A DNA stretch of 64,000 nt from Anaerolineae bacterium. GTDB lineage: Bacteria > Chloroflexota > Anaerolineae > Aggregatilineales > Phototrophicaceae. Of the stretch, positions 34,451 through 42,955 are shown one piece after another (the stretch's first letter is position 1; each line of letters opens with the position of its first letter). Position numbers and translations under genes: made by a program. Location: NCBI GenBank assembly GCA_034432395.1, contig DAOUBU010000109.1, positions 5,509-69,508 of the forward strand, given 5' to 3'. Under the pieces are notes generated by a model. The model searched no databases. It was not told where the DNA came from and saw only the letters and a program-made list of their open reading frames with translations.

Positions 34451-35365
34451 TCACCTTCCAGTTCTGACTCTGAAGGTAGCCTGTGTGATCGAAAACGGGG
34501 TGTTGGTGGCGAACACCGGCGGCGCGTCAGTGGGCAGCGGCATGAAGGTGCTGAACGCGGTGGGCGGCGCTGTCGTAGGCTGGATCAGCAGAGGGATCGG
34601 CGTCAACGTCGGGGTGGCGGTCGGCGTCGTCGTCGGCGTATGGGTCAGCGTCGGTGTCGCAGTGGATGACGGCGTGAAGGTCGTGGACGGCGTCACGGTG
34701 GCGCTGGGGGTCATGGTGAAGGTCGCCGTCGGGGAGGATGTCAGCGTCGGGATGAGCGATGAGGTCGCTGCAGCAGTTGCCGACGGAGCAGGTTGTTGAT
34801 CAGCCCCGCCCCCGACCTGAAGCTGAGCGGTCGCCTCAGCGGTGGGCGGCGTCCCCGGCGCGATCTCGCGCGCATCATCGCGCCCGGCGAGCAGGAACAG
34901 CGCGATCAGGGTGAGCGCGCCCAATCCCGCCGCGGCGATCGAGAGCAGGCGCACGATCTGACCTGATCGGGGGATGTTCATCTCATCCGCCGCTGAGGGC
35001 TGTTCCATGGAGGGTGCGGGCAGCGGCCCGAAGCTGCTGACATCGGGCACGACCTGGCGCAGCGCTGCGATCAACTGGTCGATCTGGTTGGCCCGGTTGA
35101 CGAAATAGATCGGGCGCTTGAACGTCTGGGCGACGTGATAGTCCTCGCTCAGATATGCAGGGACAGTTTCCCCTTCAGACCAGATGAATACGAAAACAGC
35201 GGCCCCTTTGAACGCCGCATCGAGGATCGCCGCGGACGCGGCGTCGCTGTATCCGAGGTCGGGTTCGCGCCGCCAGACACGAAAATCGTTCGCTTCCAGC
35301 CGCCGGTGCACCTGCTCGGCGAGTTCCCGGCTGGCCGGTGTATAACTCAGGCAGATATAAGCCAT
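34451..35365 (-). CDS. TIR-like domain protein with single TM helix and Pro/Thr-rich extracytoplasmic tail
   Basis: Trimmed to the ATG at 35365. The N-terminal roughly 105 aa (YICLSYTPASRELAEQVHRRLEANDFRVWRRE...AVFVFIWSEGETVPAYLSEDYHVA) follow the TIR_2 pattern (hydrophobic strand-SY, helix, vW.d, second strand, S..W...E...A). TM helix IVRLLSIAAAGLGALTLIALFLLAG. About 130 aa of T/P/S/A repeats follow. Confidence 0.55.
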   Translation of the reverse strand: MAYICLSYTPASRELAEQVHRRLEANDFRVWRREPDLGYSDAASAAILDAAFKGAAVFVFIWSEGETVPAYLSEDYHVAQTFKRPIYFVNRANQIDQLIAALRQVVPDVSSFGPLPAPSMEQPSAADEMNIPRSGQIVRLLSIAAAGLGALTLIALFLLAGRDDAREIAPGTPPTAEATAQLQVGGGADQQPAPSATAAATSSLIPTLTSSPTATFTMTPSATVTPSTTFTPSSTATPTLTHTPTTTPTATPTLTPIPLLIQPTTAPPTAFSTFMPLPTDAPPVFATNTPFSITQATFRVRTGR

Positions 35366-35494
35366 GCTGAGATCGATCACCGTCAGAAGACACGCCTGTC
35401 TCACTTTATTCTACAGCGAGACAGGCGTGCGCGCAGGTTTACTGGTCTGAGGAGAGGCTGCCCGGTACCGCCATCTGGTGCACGAGGCGGCGGA

Positions 35495-36760
35495 TCAGAA
35501 ACCGAATGTCCGGCAGATCGCTGCGGGCAGACGGTTCTCGTTGCAGTAGCGCTGGATGACAGCCGCCGCCTGGGGGTTCGGGAAGATGATCTGCGGGATC
35601 GGCCCGCCGATGCCCGACGCCAGGATGATCTGCGGCAGTTGGATGGTGTAATTCAGGATATTCGACGGGATCTGCGTCAGCAGACTCAGCGCGGTGAGCG
35701 CCGCCTGATCGAGAATGACCGGATCATTGAAGGTATACGGGCCGCTGCGCTCATCGGCGTCACCTTCATTGCCCAGGCTGACCAGATCCGGGCCGAGACC
35801 GATGCGGATGCGGTAGCCCGCCGGGACGTAGATCGGTCGGGAAGTATCCGGGTTGATCGTGACCACGCCGTTCAGGACGATGATCTCCATCGTCCGCCCC
35901 ATCGGGAAGCCGAGGTCGAAGGTGCGGATCAGCATGGTTGACTCGAGGCGGACGTGAATGCCGTTGGGGAGCAAGTCAACTGCGGTATTGCGCGGCCCCT
36001 GCACCAGGATCAGGGACTGCGTCTCCGCGCAGTCGCTGCGGCTGCCCGTCACTGCATAAAAACGCTGATACGGCGAGAAGTGACCCTCCGGGAGCACCGG
36101 CAGACCGTTCAGGTCGGCGCTGTTGAAGGCCGATGCGCGGAACCAGACCGGGTCCCCGGCGAAGATGCCGCGCACCCAGTTGCCATCCTGGCTGATGGCG
36201 TCGATCTGCACCGACGAGCCGGCGGGGGCATTGCCGGCCAGTTCGGCCAGCGCCGGCGGGGTCAGCGTCGCCAGGCGCAGTTCGCTGGCCGCGGTGGTGG
36301 TGGCGGTCAGCGGCGCTTCCAGCGGCTGGAAGAGCAGATCGTTCTGCACGCCGTGCTCAAGCTGCGTCTCGCCAAAAGTCACGACGATCACGTCGTTGGG
36401 GAAACCGCTGGGCAGACTGGCCTGGAGGTTGTAGACGCCAATCCCCCACGTCCGATCCGTGCGATTGCTGGCTTCAGCCGACAGGCGAACCAGATCGTTC
36501 AGGGGGATGCGTTCACCCGGCTCATCGAACAGGGTCGCGTCGAAGCCCGGAACCATCATCGGTGTCAGTTCTGGAGAGGCGTAGCAGGCGAAACCGGTTT
36601 CGTTGTTAGCGCAGTTCAGCCCGATCGACTGGATGGCTTCGTTGACGATCTGCTGGCAGACCGGAACAGTCTGGGCAGAGGCAACCTGTGGTATGGCAAT
36701 ACTGAAAACGATAACAAGCCCGAACAGCAGAGGCCACATGAATACACGATGAATGCGCAT
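35495..36760 (-). CDS. Secreted hypothetical protein (possible SH3b-like and FecR-like beta-rich regions)
   Basis: Signal peptide MRIHRVFMWPLLFGLVIVFSIAIPQVASAQ. 421 aa with several Cys pairs. No firm motif, so the domain guesses are weak. Confidence 0.6.
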   Translation of the reverse strand: MRIHRVFMWPLLFGLVIVFSIAIPQVASAQTVPVCQQIVNEAIQSIGLNCANNETGFACYASPELTPMMVPGFDATLFDEPGERIPLNDLVRLSAEASNRTDRTWGIGVYNLQASLPSGFPNDVIVVTFGETQLEHGVQNDLLFQPLEAPLTATTTAASELRLATLTPPALAELAGNAPAGSSVQIDAISQDGNWVRGIFAGDPVWFRASAFNSADLNGLPVLPEGHFSPYQRFYAVTGSRSDCAETQSLILVQGPRNTAVDLLPNGIHVRLESTMLIRTFDLGFPMGRTMEIIVLNGVVTINPDTSRPIYVPAGYRIRIGLGPDLVSLGNEGDADERSGPYTFNDPVILDQAALTALSLLTQIPSNILNYTIQLPQIILASGIGGPIPQIIFPNPQAAAVIQRYCNENRLPAAICRTFGF

Positions 36761-36976
36761 CAGACTACCCTCCAGGCTGCGTAACTTAGTGATGACGGGG
36801 TATTGCAGATTGCTGACTTGTTATTGAGTTCAGTTTACCTTGAAATCTGCACTTCAGTCAACCTGTGGCAGATTAAATAATTTTTCAGTATGATACTCGA
36901 CAAACTGAAATTGCTCCAATCGAGATCAGTCGATTGCGGGCCGTGATCGCACTGTTCAAGTGAACGGAGTCCCTTA

Positions 36977-38665
36977 TTGGAACTCAAGCAGTATATTCGC
37001 CTGGCGCGTAAATGGCTGTGGCTGATCGTGATCTCCGCTTTCATCGGCGGCGGGATCGCATTCATCAGTGCTGTGCGTCAGGTCCCGGTCTATCAGGCGT
37101 CCGCCACGGTTGCGATCGGGACGTTCATCCAGTCCCCGAACCCGGATTACGCCCAGATCGCGATCGGCTTCGATCTGGTCGAGACGTATGCTCAGCTTGT
37201 GAAGACGACGGCCGTGCTCTCCGGCACGGTCAATGCGCTCAACCTCGATATCCCGCCGCGGGCGCTGCTGCCGCGCATCAGCACGCGCATCATCACCGGG
37301 ACGACGCTGCTGGTGATCACGGTCACGTACCCCGATCCAGTGCTGGCCGCGGATATCGCCAACACGCTGGCGGAGCAGTTGATCGCCAACAGTCCGACCA
37401 ATCTGACGCCGGAGCAGCAGGAACAGATCGTCTTCCTGAACGCCCAGATCGATGATCTGAATACCCAGATTCAGGACGCGCGCGATCAACTGGCTGTCAT
37501 CGCTGAGGAGCTGAATACCGCCGCCGATCAGGCCACGATCGATCGGCTGATCTCCCAGCGCACTGCGATCATCGACCAGATCAACCTGGCGCAGTCGAAT
37601 ATCGCCCGCTTCACCGCCACGATCGCCGATCTCCAGCAGCGCACCAACGCCCTCGATATCGTCGAGCGGGCGGAGATCCCGACCGGGGCCAGCGGGTCGC
37701 GCCCGGAGAGCAGCGCGCTGCTGGGCGCATTCATCGGCGTGGTGCTGGCTTTCGGCGCGGCCCTGGTGATCGAGTACCTGGACGACACGATCCAGACGAC
37801 GGAACAGGCGGCTGAACTGCTGAAGCTGCCCGTGCTGGCGGCGATCGTCCGTTTCGGTAAAAAGAACAGCAGCTACCCGGATCGCCTGATCACCCGCTTC
37901 CCGTCGATGTCCGCCATTGCCGAGGGCTACCGCACCGCCCGCACCAATATGCTGTTCAGCAGCAATGGGCAGAACGGACGGAAAGAGACGTTCATCATCA
38001 CCAGCGCGAACCCGCAGGAGGGCAAAACGATCACCGCCAGCAACTTGGCGATCGTCATGGCGCAGGCCGGCCTGCAGGTGCTGCTGATCGATGCCGACCT
38101 GCGCCGCCCGAAAATTCACGAGGTTTTCGGGCTGGAGAACAGCGTCGGCCTGACGACGCTGCTCTTCAGCGATCCGGCGCAGGTTCCCGCTGAGGCGATC
38201 CCGCAGGTGGGCGATAACGCCGGCCTGCCGCCCAGCTTTGCCGAGTGCGTGCAGTACACCGCGATCCCGCGCCTGCGCGTCATCACCAGTGGTTTCATCC
38301 CCTCCAACCCGACGGAGATCCTGGGATCGACCGTGATGGGGCGCTGGATCGACCTGATGCGCCTCTCCCCGGCGATCGACGTCATCATCCTGGATACGGC
38401 CCCGGTGCTGGCCGCCGCCGACAGCGCCGTGCTGGCCGCCACCACCGGCGCTGCGACAGTCCTGGTGATCGATGCCGGATCGACGCGCCGCGGCGCTGCG
38501 CTCCGCGCCAAAGAGCAGTTCGATAAACTGGGGCTGGCGCTCAAAGGTGTTATCGTCAATCGCGTCGATCCACGGGATGACGAGTACGGTTACTACTATA
38601 AGTATTATTATACTTCTCGTCCAAATCAGCCGGTGAAGCGCCAATCAGAGAAGCAGAACGCCTGA
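36977..38665 (+). CDS. Polysaccharide co-polymerase / bacterial tyrosine autokinase (Wzz domain fused to BY-kinase)
   Basis: TTG start. N-terminal Wzz-type TM (WLWLIVISAFIGGGIAFI). Walker A NPQEGKTITASNLA, Walker A' LLIDADLRRP and Walker B VIILDTAPV. C-terminal tyrosine cluster DDEYGYYYKYYYTS. Confidence 0.9.
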   Translation: MELKQYIRLARKWLWLIVISAFIGGGIAFISAVRQVPVYQASATVAIGTFIQSPNPDYAQIAIGFDLVETYAQLVKTTAVLSGTVNALNLDIPPRALLPRISTRIITGTTLLVITVTYPDPVLAADIANTLAEQLIANSPTNLTPEQQEQIVFLNAQIDDLNTQIQDARDQLAVIAEELNTAADQATIDRLISQRTAIIDQINLAQSNIARFTATIADLQQRTNALDIVERAEIPTGASGSRPESSALLGAFIGVVLAFGAALVIEYLDDTIQTTEQAAELLKLPVLAAIVRFGKKNSSYPDRLITRFPSMSAIAEGYRTARTNMLFSSNGQNGRKETFIITSANPQEGKTITASNLAIVMAQAGLQVLLIDADLRRPKIHEVFGLENSVGLTTLLFSDPAQVPAEAIPQVGDNAGLPPSFAECVQYTAIPRLRVITSGFIPSNPTEILGSTVMGRWIDLMRLSPAIDVIILDTAPVLAAADSAVLAATTGAATVLVIDAGSTRRGAALRAKEQFDKLGLALKGVIVNRVDPRDDEYGYYYKYYYTSRPNQPVKRQSEKQNA

Positions 38666-38790
38666 GTACTCAAGGGACGCTAAGTGATGATCGATTAAAA
38701 TTAGTAAAAAGCGGATTTTGTGGTAGAGTTGATATATCGAAAATGCTTTCCCGTTAGCCGGTATGGCATTTCAGGGGGCAGGGCGTCTTT

Positions 38791-40713
38791 ATGGATCTTC
38801 GATCGTATCTCTCTATCATGTACGCGAACACTCGTCGGGTCGCCGCTGATGTATCGCTCGATGTCCTGATCGTCCTCGCCGTCTACATCGTCCTATTTCT
38901 GATCACGGATTATCGCTTTTTTTCCGTCCCTGAACTCAATGTCGCCTTCATTTTTGTCGCTTCGTTCGTCCTCATCGGGGTGATGCATGCGTTCAGGGTA
39001 TACGATCGGCTGTGGGCGCTGTCGAGCGGCCACAATGTCACCATCATCATCAATGCGGTCGCAGTGGCCACGGTCGTGATCATCAGTCTGGGCGTGGCGG
39101 CGCGCCCGCGCTTGATGAGCGTGGGGTTCATCCTGCTGGCGGATGCCCTGGTGCTGACCGGCTTCGTCGCGGTGCGCTACCGGTCGCGCCTGATCAGCGG
39201 CGGAGTCGCCCGGCTGCGCTATTACTTGAATCCGTCCGCGCGCGTGCAGACGCAGAAAGCGCGCCTGCTGATCATCGGGGCGGGCGAGTCGGGGCATTCA
39301 CTGGCTCAGCGGATCCGGTACGGCCCGCTGAGCCAGCACTATCAGATCGTCGGCTTCATCGACGACGATCCGCACAAGCAGGGCCGGATCCTGGAAGGGG
39401 TGCGCATTCACGGCGGGCGCGAGCGGATCGCCGAGGTCGTGTCCGCGTATAACGTCGATCTGATCGCGTTCGCCATCCACAACATCAGCGGCCCCGATTT
39501 CCGCGCCATTATCGCGGAATGCGAGAAAACCCCGGCGCGCATCAAAGTCGTGCCCGACGTCGTGAACGATCTGCTGACGCGCACCGCCAGCGCGCCGCTG
39601 CGCGATGTGCAGCCGGAAGATCTGCTCGGTCGCAGCGTGATCGCCCGCCATGAGGCGGTCGATCTGTCGCCGGTGCTGCACAAGCATATTCTGGTGACCG
39701 GCGCCGCCGGGTCGATCGGATCGGAGCTGTGCCGCCAGCTCGTCGATTTCGAACCGCAGACCCTGATCCTGCTCGATAACAACGAGAGCGGTCTGTTCGA
39801 TCTCGCGCTGGATCTGAGTGCGCGCTGCCCGCACATCCAGTTGATCCCGGTGCTGGCCGATATCACCTGTCATGAGAATATCCGCGCGGTGCTGGCGGCG
39901 CACCGCCCGCAGATCGTGTTCCATGCGGCGGCTTACAAGCATGTGCCGATGCTGCAAAGCCACCCGACCGAGGCGGTGCGGGTGAACGTGCTGGGCACGC
40001 GCAACCTGGCGGAACTGGCGCGCGAATTTCACGTCGAGCGGTTCGTGCTGATCTCGACCGATAAGGCGGTCAACCCGTCCAGCATCATGGGGGCGACCAA
40101 GCGCACCTGCGAGCTGATGCTGCACGCGCTGTCGCTCCAGTCGCCGCGGACGACGATCTTCACCGCGGTGCGCTTCGGCAATGTGCTGGGCAGCCGGGGC
40201 AGCGTCGTCCCGATCTTCACCCGCCAGATCGAACGCGGCGGCCCGGTGACGGTGACGCACCCGGAGATGACGCGCTATTTCATGAGCATCCCGGAAGCGG
40301 CCAATCTGATCATTCACGCCGCGGCGATCACCACGGGGGATGATATCTACATCCTCCAGATGGGGGAGACGGTGCGCATCCTCGATCTGGCCGAGCGCCT
40401 GATCCGCCTGCGCGGTCTGCGCCCGTATCACGACATCCCGATCGTTTTTTCGGGCATGCGTCCGGGGGAAAAGCTGCACGAAGAGCTGTACACGCTGCAC
40501 GACAAGCCGACGACGACCGTGCATCCGGGGATCATCCGCCTGAATACCTGGAGCCGGGATTTTGACCCGGCCCTCTTCTGGCGTAAACTGGATGCGCTGC
40601 CCGCTGCGATGTCGGCGGAGATCGACGCTGGCGATCTGCTGGAACAGATCCGGGAGATCATCGCCGGCGTCAAACTCGACCCCGTCCCGGACGTGCGCGA
40701 TCATTCAGCGTGA
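38791..40713 (+). CDS. Membrane-anchored nucleotide-sugar 4,6-dehydratase/epimerase (CapD/WbpM/PglF family)
   Basis: Four N-terminal TM helices. Rossmann motifs LIIGAGESG and VTGAAGSIGSEL. Carries AAYKHVP and STDKAVNP. Confidence 0.9.
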   Translation: MDLRSYLSIMYANTRRVAADVSLDVLIVLAVYIVLFLITDYRFFSVPELNVAFIFVASFVLIGVMHAFRVYDRLWALSSGHNVTIIINAVAVATVVIISLGVAARPRLMSVGFILLADALVLTGFVAVRYRSRLISGGVARLRYYLNPSARVQTQKARLLIIGAGESGHSLAQRIRYGPLSQHYQIVGFIDDDPHKQGRILEGVRIHGGRERIAEVVSAYNVDLIAFAIHNISGPDFRAIIAECEKTPARIKVVPDVVNDLLTRTASAPLRDVQPEDLLGRSVIARHEAVDLSPVLHKHILVTGAAGSIGSELCRQLVDFEPQTLILLDNNESGLFDLALDLSARCPHIQLIPVLADITCHENIRAVLAAHRPQIVFHAAAYKHVPMLQSHPTEAVRVNVLGTRNLAELAREFHVERFVLISTDKAVNPSSIMGATKRTCELMLHALSLQSPRTTIFTAVRFGNVLGSRGSVVPIFTRQIERGGPVTVTHPEMTRYFMSIPEAANLIIHAAAITTGDDIYILQMGETVRILDLAERLIRLRGLRPYHDIPIVFSGMRPGEKLHEELYTLHDKPTTTVHPGIIRLNTWSRDFDPALFWRKLDALPAAMSAEIDAGDLLEQIREIIAGVKLDPVPDVRDHSA

Positions 40714-40759
40714 GGGCAGCATTCGGCGGGTTTCAGATAGAGTTGCAAGGTGAGTTTCT

Positions 40760-42841
40760 GTGACACGACATCCCGACGATCTCAGGGCCGTGCCGCCGTC
40801 AATCCCGCCCACTTCCCTGCCGGGGACGGGGAGCGCGCCCCCGCTTCAGCGTGAGCGCGTGCGCAAGCGCGTGCGGCGCGGGCCGCGCTGGCTGCGTCAA
40901 TTCCGGCGGACTGTCATCGGGCGGCTGCAGCCGCTCAAGATCGCCGCTATCCTGCTCTCGCTGATCGCCGTTGCCGCGGTCGCTGTGCTGGTGCTGGTCA
41001 GCGATGCCACCAACCGCGTCGAGAACGCGGTCGCCAGTCTGAACCGGGTCGTCAGTTCGATCGGCGGGCGCACCGGAACCGATCTCACGCTGAACGATTT
41101 CACCCGCCTGCAATCCGCCGTCGCCGATGTCAGCAGCACCCTGTCCGGGGTGCGCCGTCAGCTCGCCTTCCTGCAGCCGATCAGCGAGCAGATCCCGGAC
41201 ACCGCCGGATTGTTCATTGCGCTCGATGCGGCGCTGGAGCTGGCCAACGCCGGCGGCGCCATGCTCAACGGCCTGCAGCCGACTCTGGTCTTCCTGGTGG
41301 CCGGCGAAGACGACGAGACGCTGGTCGCCCCGATCTCATCCGGCCAGCGCGTCGTCGAACTGCTGCGGCTGGGCCGCCCCAGCTTTCTGGCCGCGCGCGA
41401 GACGCTGGGCCGGGCGGACGCGATCATCAACCGGCTGGCGGCGGCCGGATCGTCCGCCCAGAACGTGCTCAACGCCGAACTGCTGGCGCAGTACGCCCGC
41501 GCGCTGGAGCAGGCCAACACGCTGCTGATCAACGCGCCGGATCTGCTGACGGTGGCGCTGGGGCTGGAGCGGGAACAGAGTTACCTGGTGCTGGCGCAGA
41601 ACAGCGATGAGATCCGCCCGCCGGGCGGCTACCTGAGCACATACGGCTGGTTCACAGTGCGCAACGGGCGCATCGAAAATTACGCTTACAGCGCGACAAC
41701 TGCCAACAGCCCGAACCCGCCGCCGGCATCGATGGCCGCTGAAGTTCAGGTGCCGGACTGGTGGATCACCTATCAGCAGCCGATCTACGCTGCCTGGGAT
41801 GGGAGCTGGGACGTCGATTTTCCCACCACCGCGCAGCGGGCGATGTGGTATTACAACAGCGGCGGCAACCCCCAGTCCCCGGTGGACGGCGTGATCGCGA
41901 TCGATATCGTCGCGTTCGAGCGCATCCTCGGCGTGCTCGGATCGGTGACGGTGCCCGGCTACAACGAGATCGTCACGGAAGCCAATTTCCGCGAGGTCAT
42001 CTACGATATCCGCGCCAGTGGCGAGGGGGATTCGCCGCACAAGCGCTTCCTGGCGGCGCTCTACCGTCAGATCTTCAGCGATTGGCAGTCGTTCTCCGCC
42101 ACGCCGGAGACGGGGACGCGCATGATCAGCGCGCTGCTGGAGCTGCTGCGCGAACGGCATATCATGCTGGTCTTCACCGATGCGGCGCTCAATCAGGCGG
42201 TCGATCTGCTCGGCTGGAACGGCCGCCAGCTCCCCGCCACCGCAGGGGATTATCTGCTGGTGGCCGATGCCAACCTGGGCAACAAAGCCAACCGATCGGT
42301 CGTGCGGCAGACGACGTACGATGTCCAGATTCAGGCGGATGGATCCGCCAGCAGCCGCCTGAGCCTGATCTACGATTATTCCGACAGCCGGGCGCGCCTC
42401 GATCCCGCCGTCGCGCCGGAACACGGCAGCATCGATTACAATAATCTGCTCCAGGTCTTCGTCCCGGTGGATGCGCAGCTCGAAAGCGCCACGCTGGGCC
42501 TGAACGCCGTGCGCATCGTCCGCGATGCGGCCCACACGCGCCTGATCTCGCGCTTCACCGTGGCCTACGACCGGTCGGAGCGCTATCAGTTCATCTACAC
42601 CACGCCGGGCGTGATCGAGCCGGTGGGGAACTTCCTGCGCTACGAGCTGGTCATCCAGAAGCAGCCGGGCATCCAGCCGGACGTCGTCAATGTGCAGATC
42701 GCGCTGCCGCCGGGGGCCGTGCTGATCAACGCCACGCCGACGCCGAGCGCGTCGTACCCGCTGGAGCAGTTGATCCTTGAATACCGGCTTGAACTGACGA
42801 CCGATCTCACGTTTGAGGTGATCTATCAGTTGGGCCAATGA
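40760..42841 (+). CDS. DUF4012 domain membrane-anchored protein
   Basis: GTG start with an Arg-rich cytoplasmic N-terminus and one TM helix (IAAILLSLIAVAAVAVLVLV). SYLVLAQNSDEIRPPGGYLSTYGWFTVRNGRI matches my recollection of the DUF4012 core (YL.L.QN..E.R..GG). Confidence 0.7.
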   Translation: MTRHPDDLRAVPPSIPPTSLPGTGSAPPLQRERVRKRVRRGPRWLRQFRRTVIGRLQPLKIAAILLSLIAVAAVAVLVLVSDATNRVENAVASLNRVVSSIGGRTGTDLTLNDFTRLQSAVADVSSTLSGVRRQLAFLQPISEQIPDTAGLFIALDAALELANAGGAMLNGLQPTLVFLVAGEDDETLVAPISSGQRVVELLRLGRPSFLAARETLGRADAIINRLAAAGSSAQNVLNAELLAQYARALEQANTLLINAPDLLTVALGLEREQSYLVLAQNSDEIRPPGGYLSTYGWFTVRNGRIENYAYSATTANSPNPPPASMAAEVQVPDWWITYQQPIYAAWDGSWDVDFPTTAQRAMWYYNSGGNPQSPVDGVIAIDIVAFERILGVLGSVTVPGYNEIVTEANFREVIYDIRASGEGDSPHKRFLAALYRQIFSDWQSFSATPETGTRMISALLELLRERHIMLVFTDAALNQAVDLLGWNGRQLPATAGDYLLVADANLGNKANRSVVRQTTYDVQIQADGSASSRLSLIYDYSDSRARLDPAVAPEHGSIDYNNLLQVFVPVDAQLESATLGLNAVRIVRDAAHTRLISRFTVAYDRSERYQFIYTTPGVIEPVGNFLRYELVIQKQPGIQPDVVNVQIALPPGAVLINATPTPSASYPLEQLILEYRLELTTDLTFEVIYQLGQ

Positions 42842-42955
42842 CCGACGGCAGAATGCACTGAACAGCCAGCGGAAAGCACAGCGCCGGGAGCGGTCAACCC
42901 CCGGCGCTGTAGTTTTACTCACATGCAATCGCTGACCCGCATCCGGGTCACCGGG

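Noticed and set aside
34485-34799. 104-aa Gly/Val-rich ORF (GVAVGVVVGVWVSVGVAV..)
   Set aside because: It is the antisense reading of the Pro/Thr-rich tail (ACC/CCG/ACG codon repeats) of the TIR-like membrane protein. It is a low-complexity artefact.
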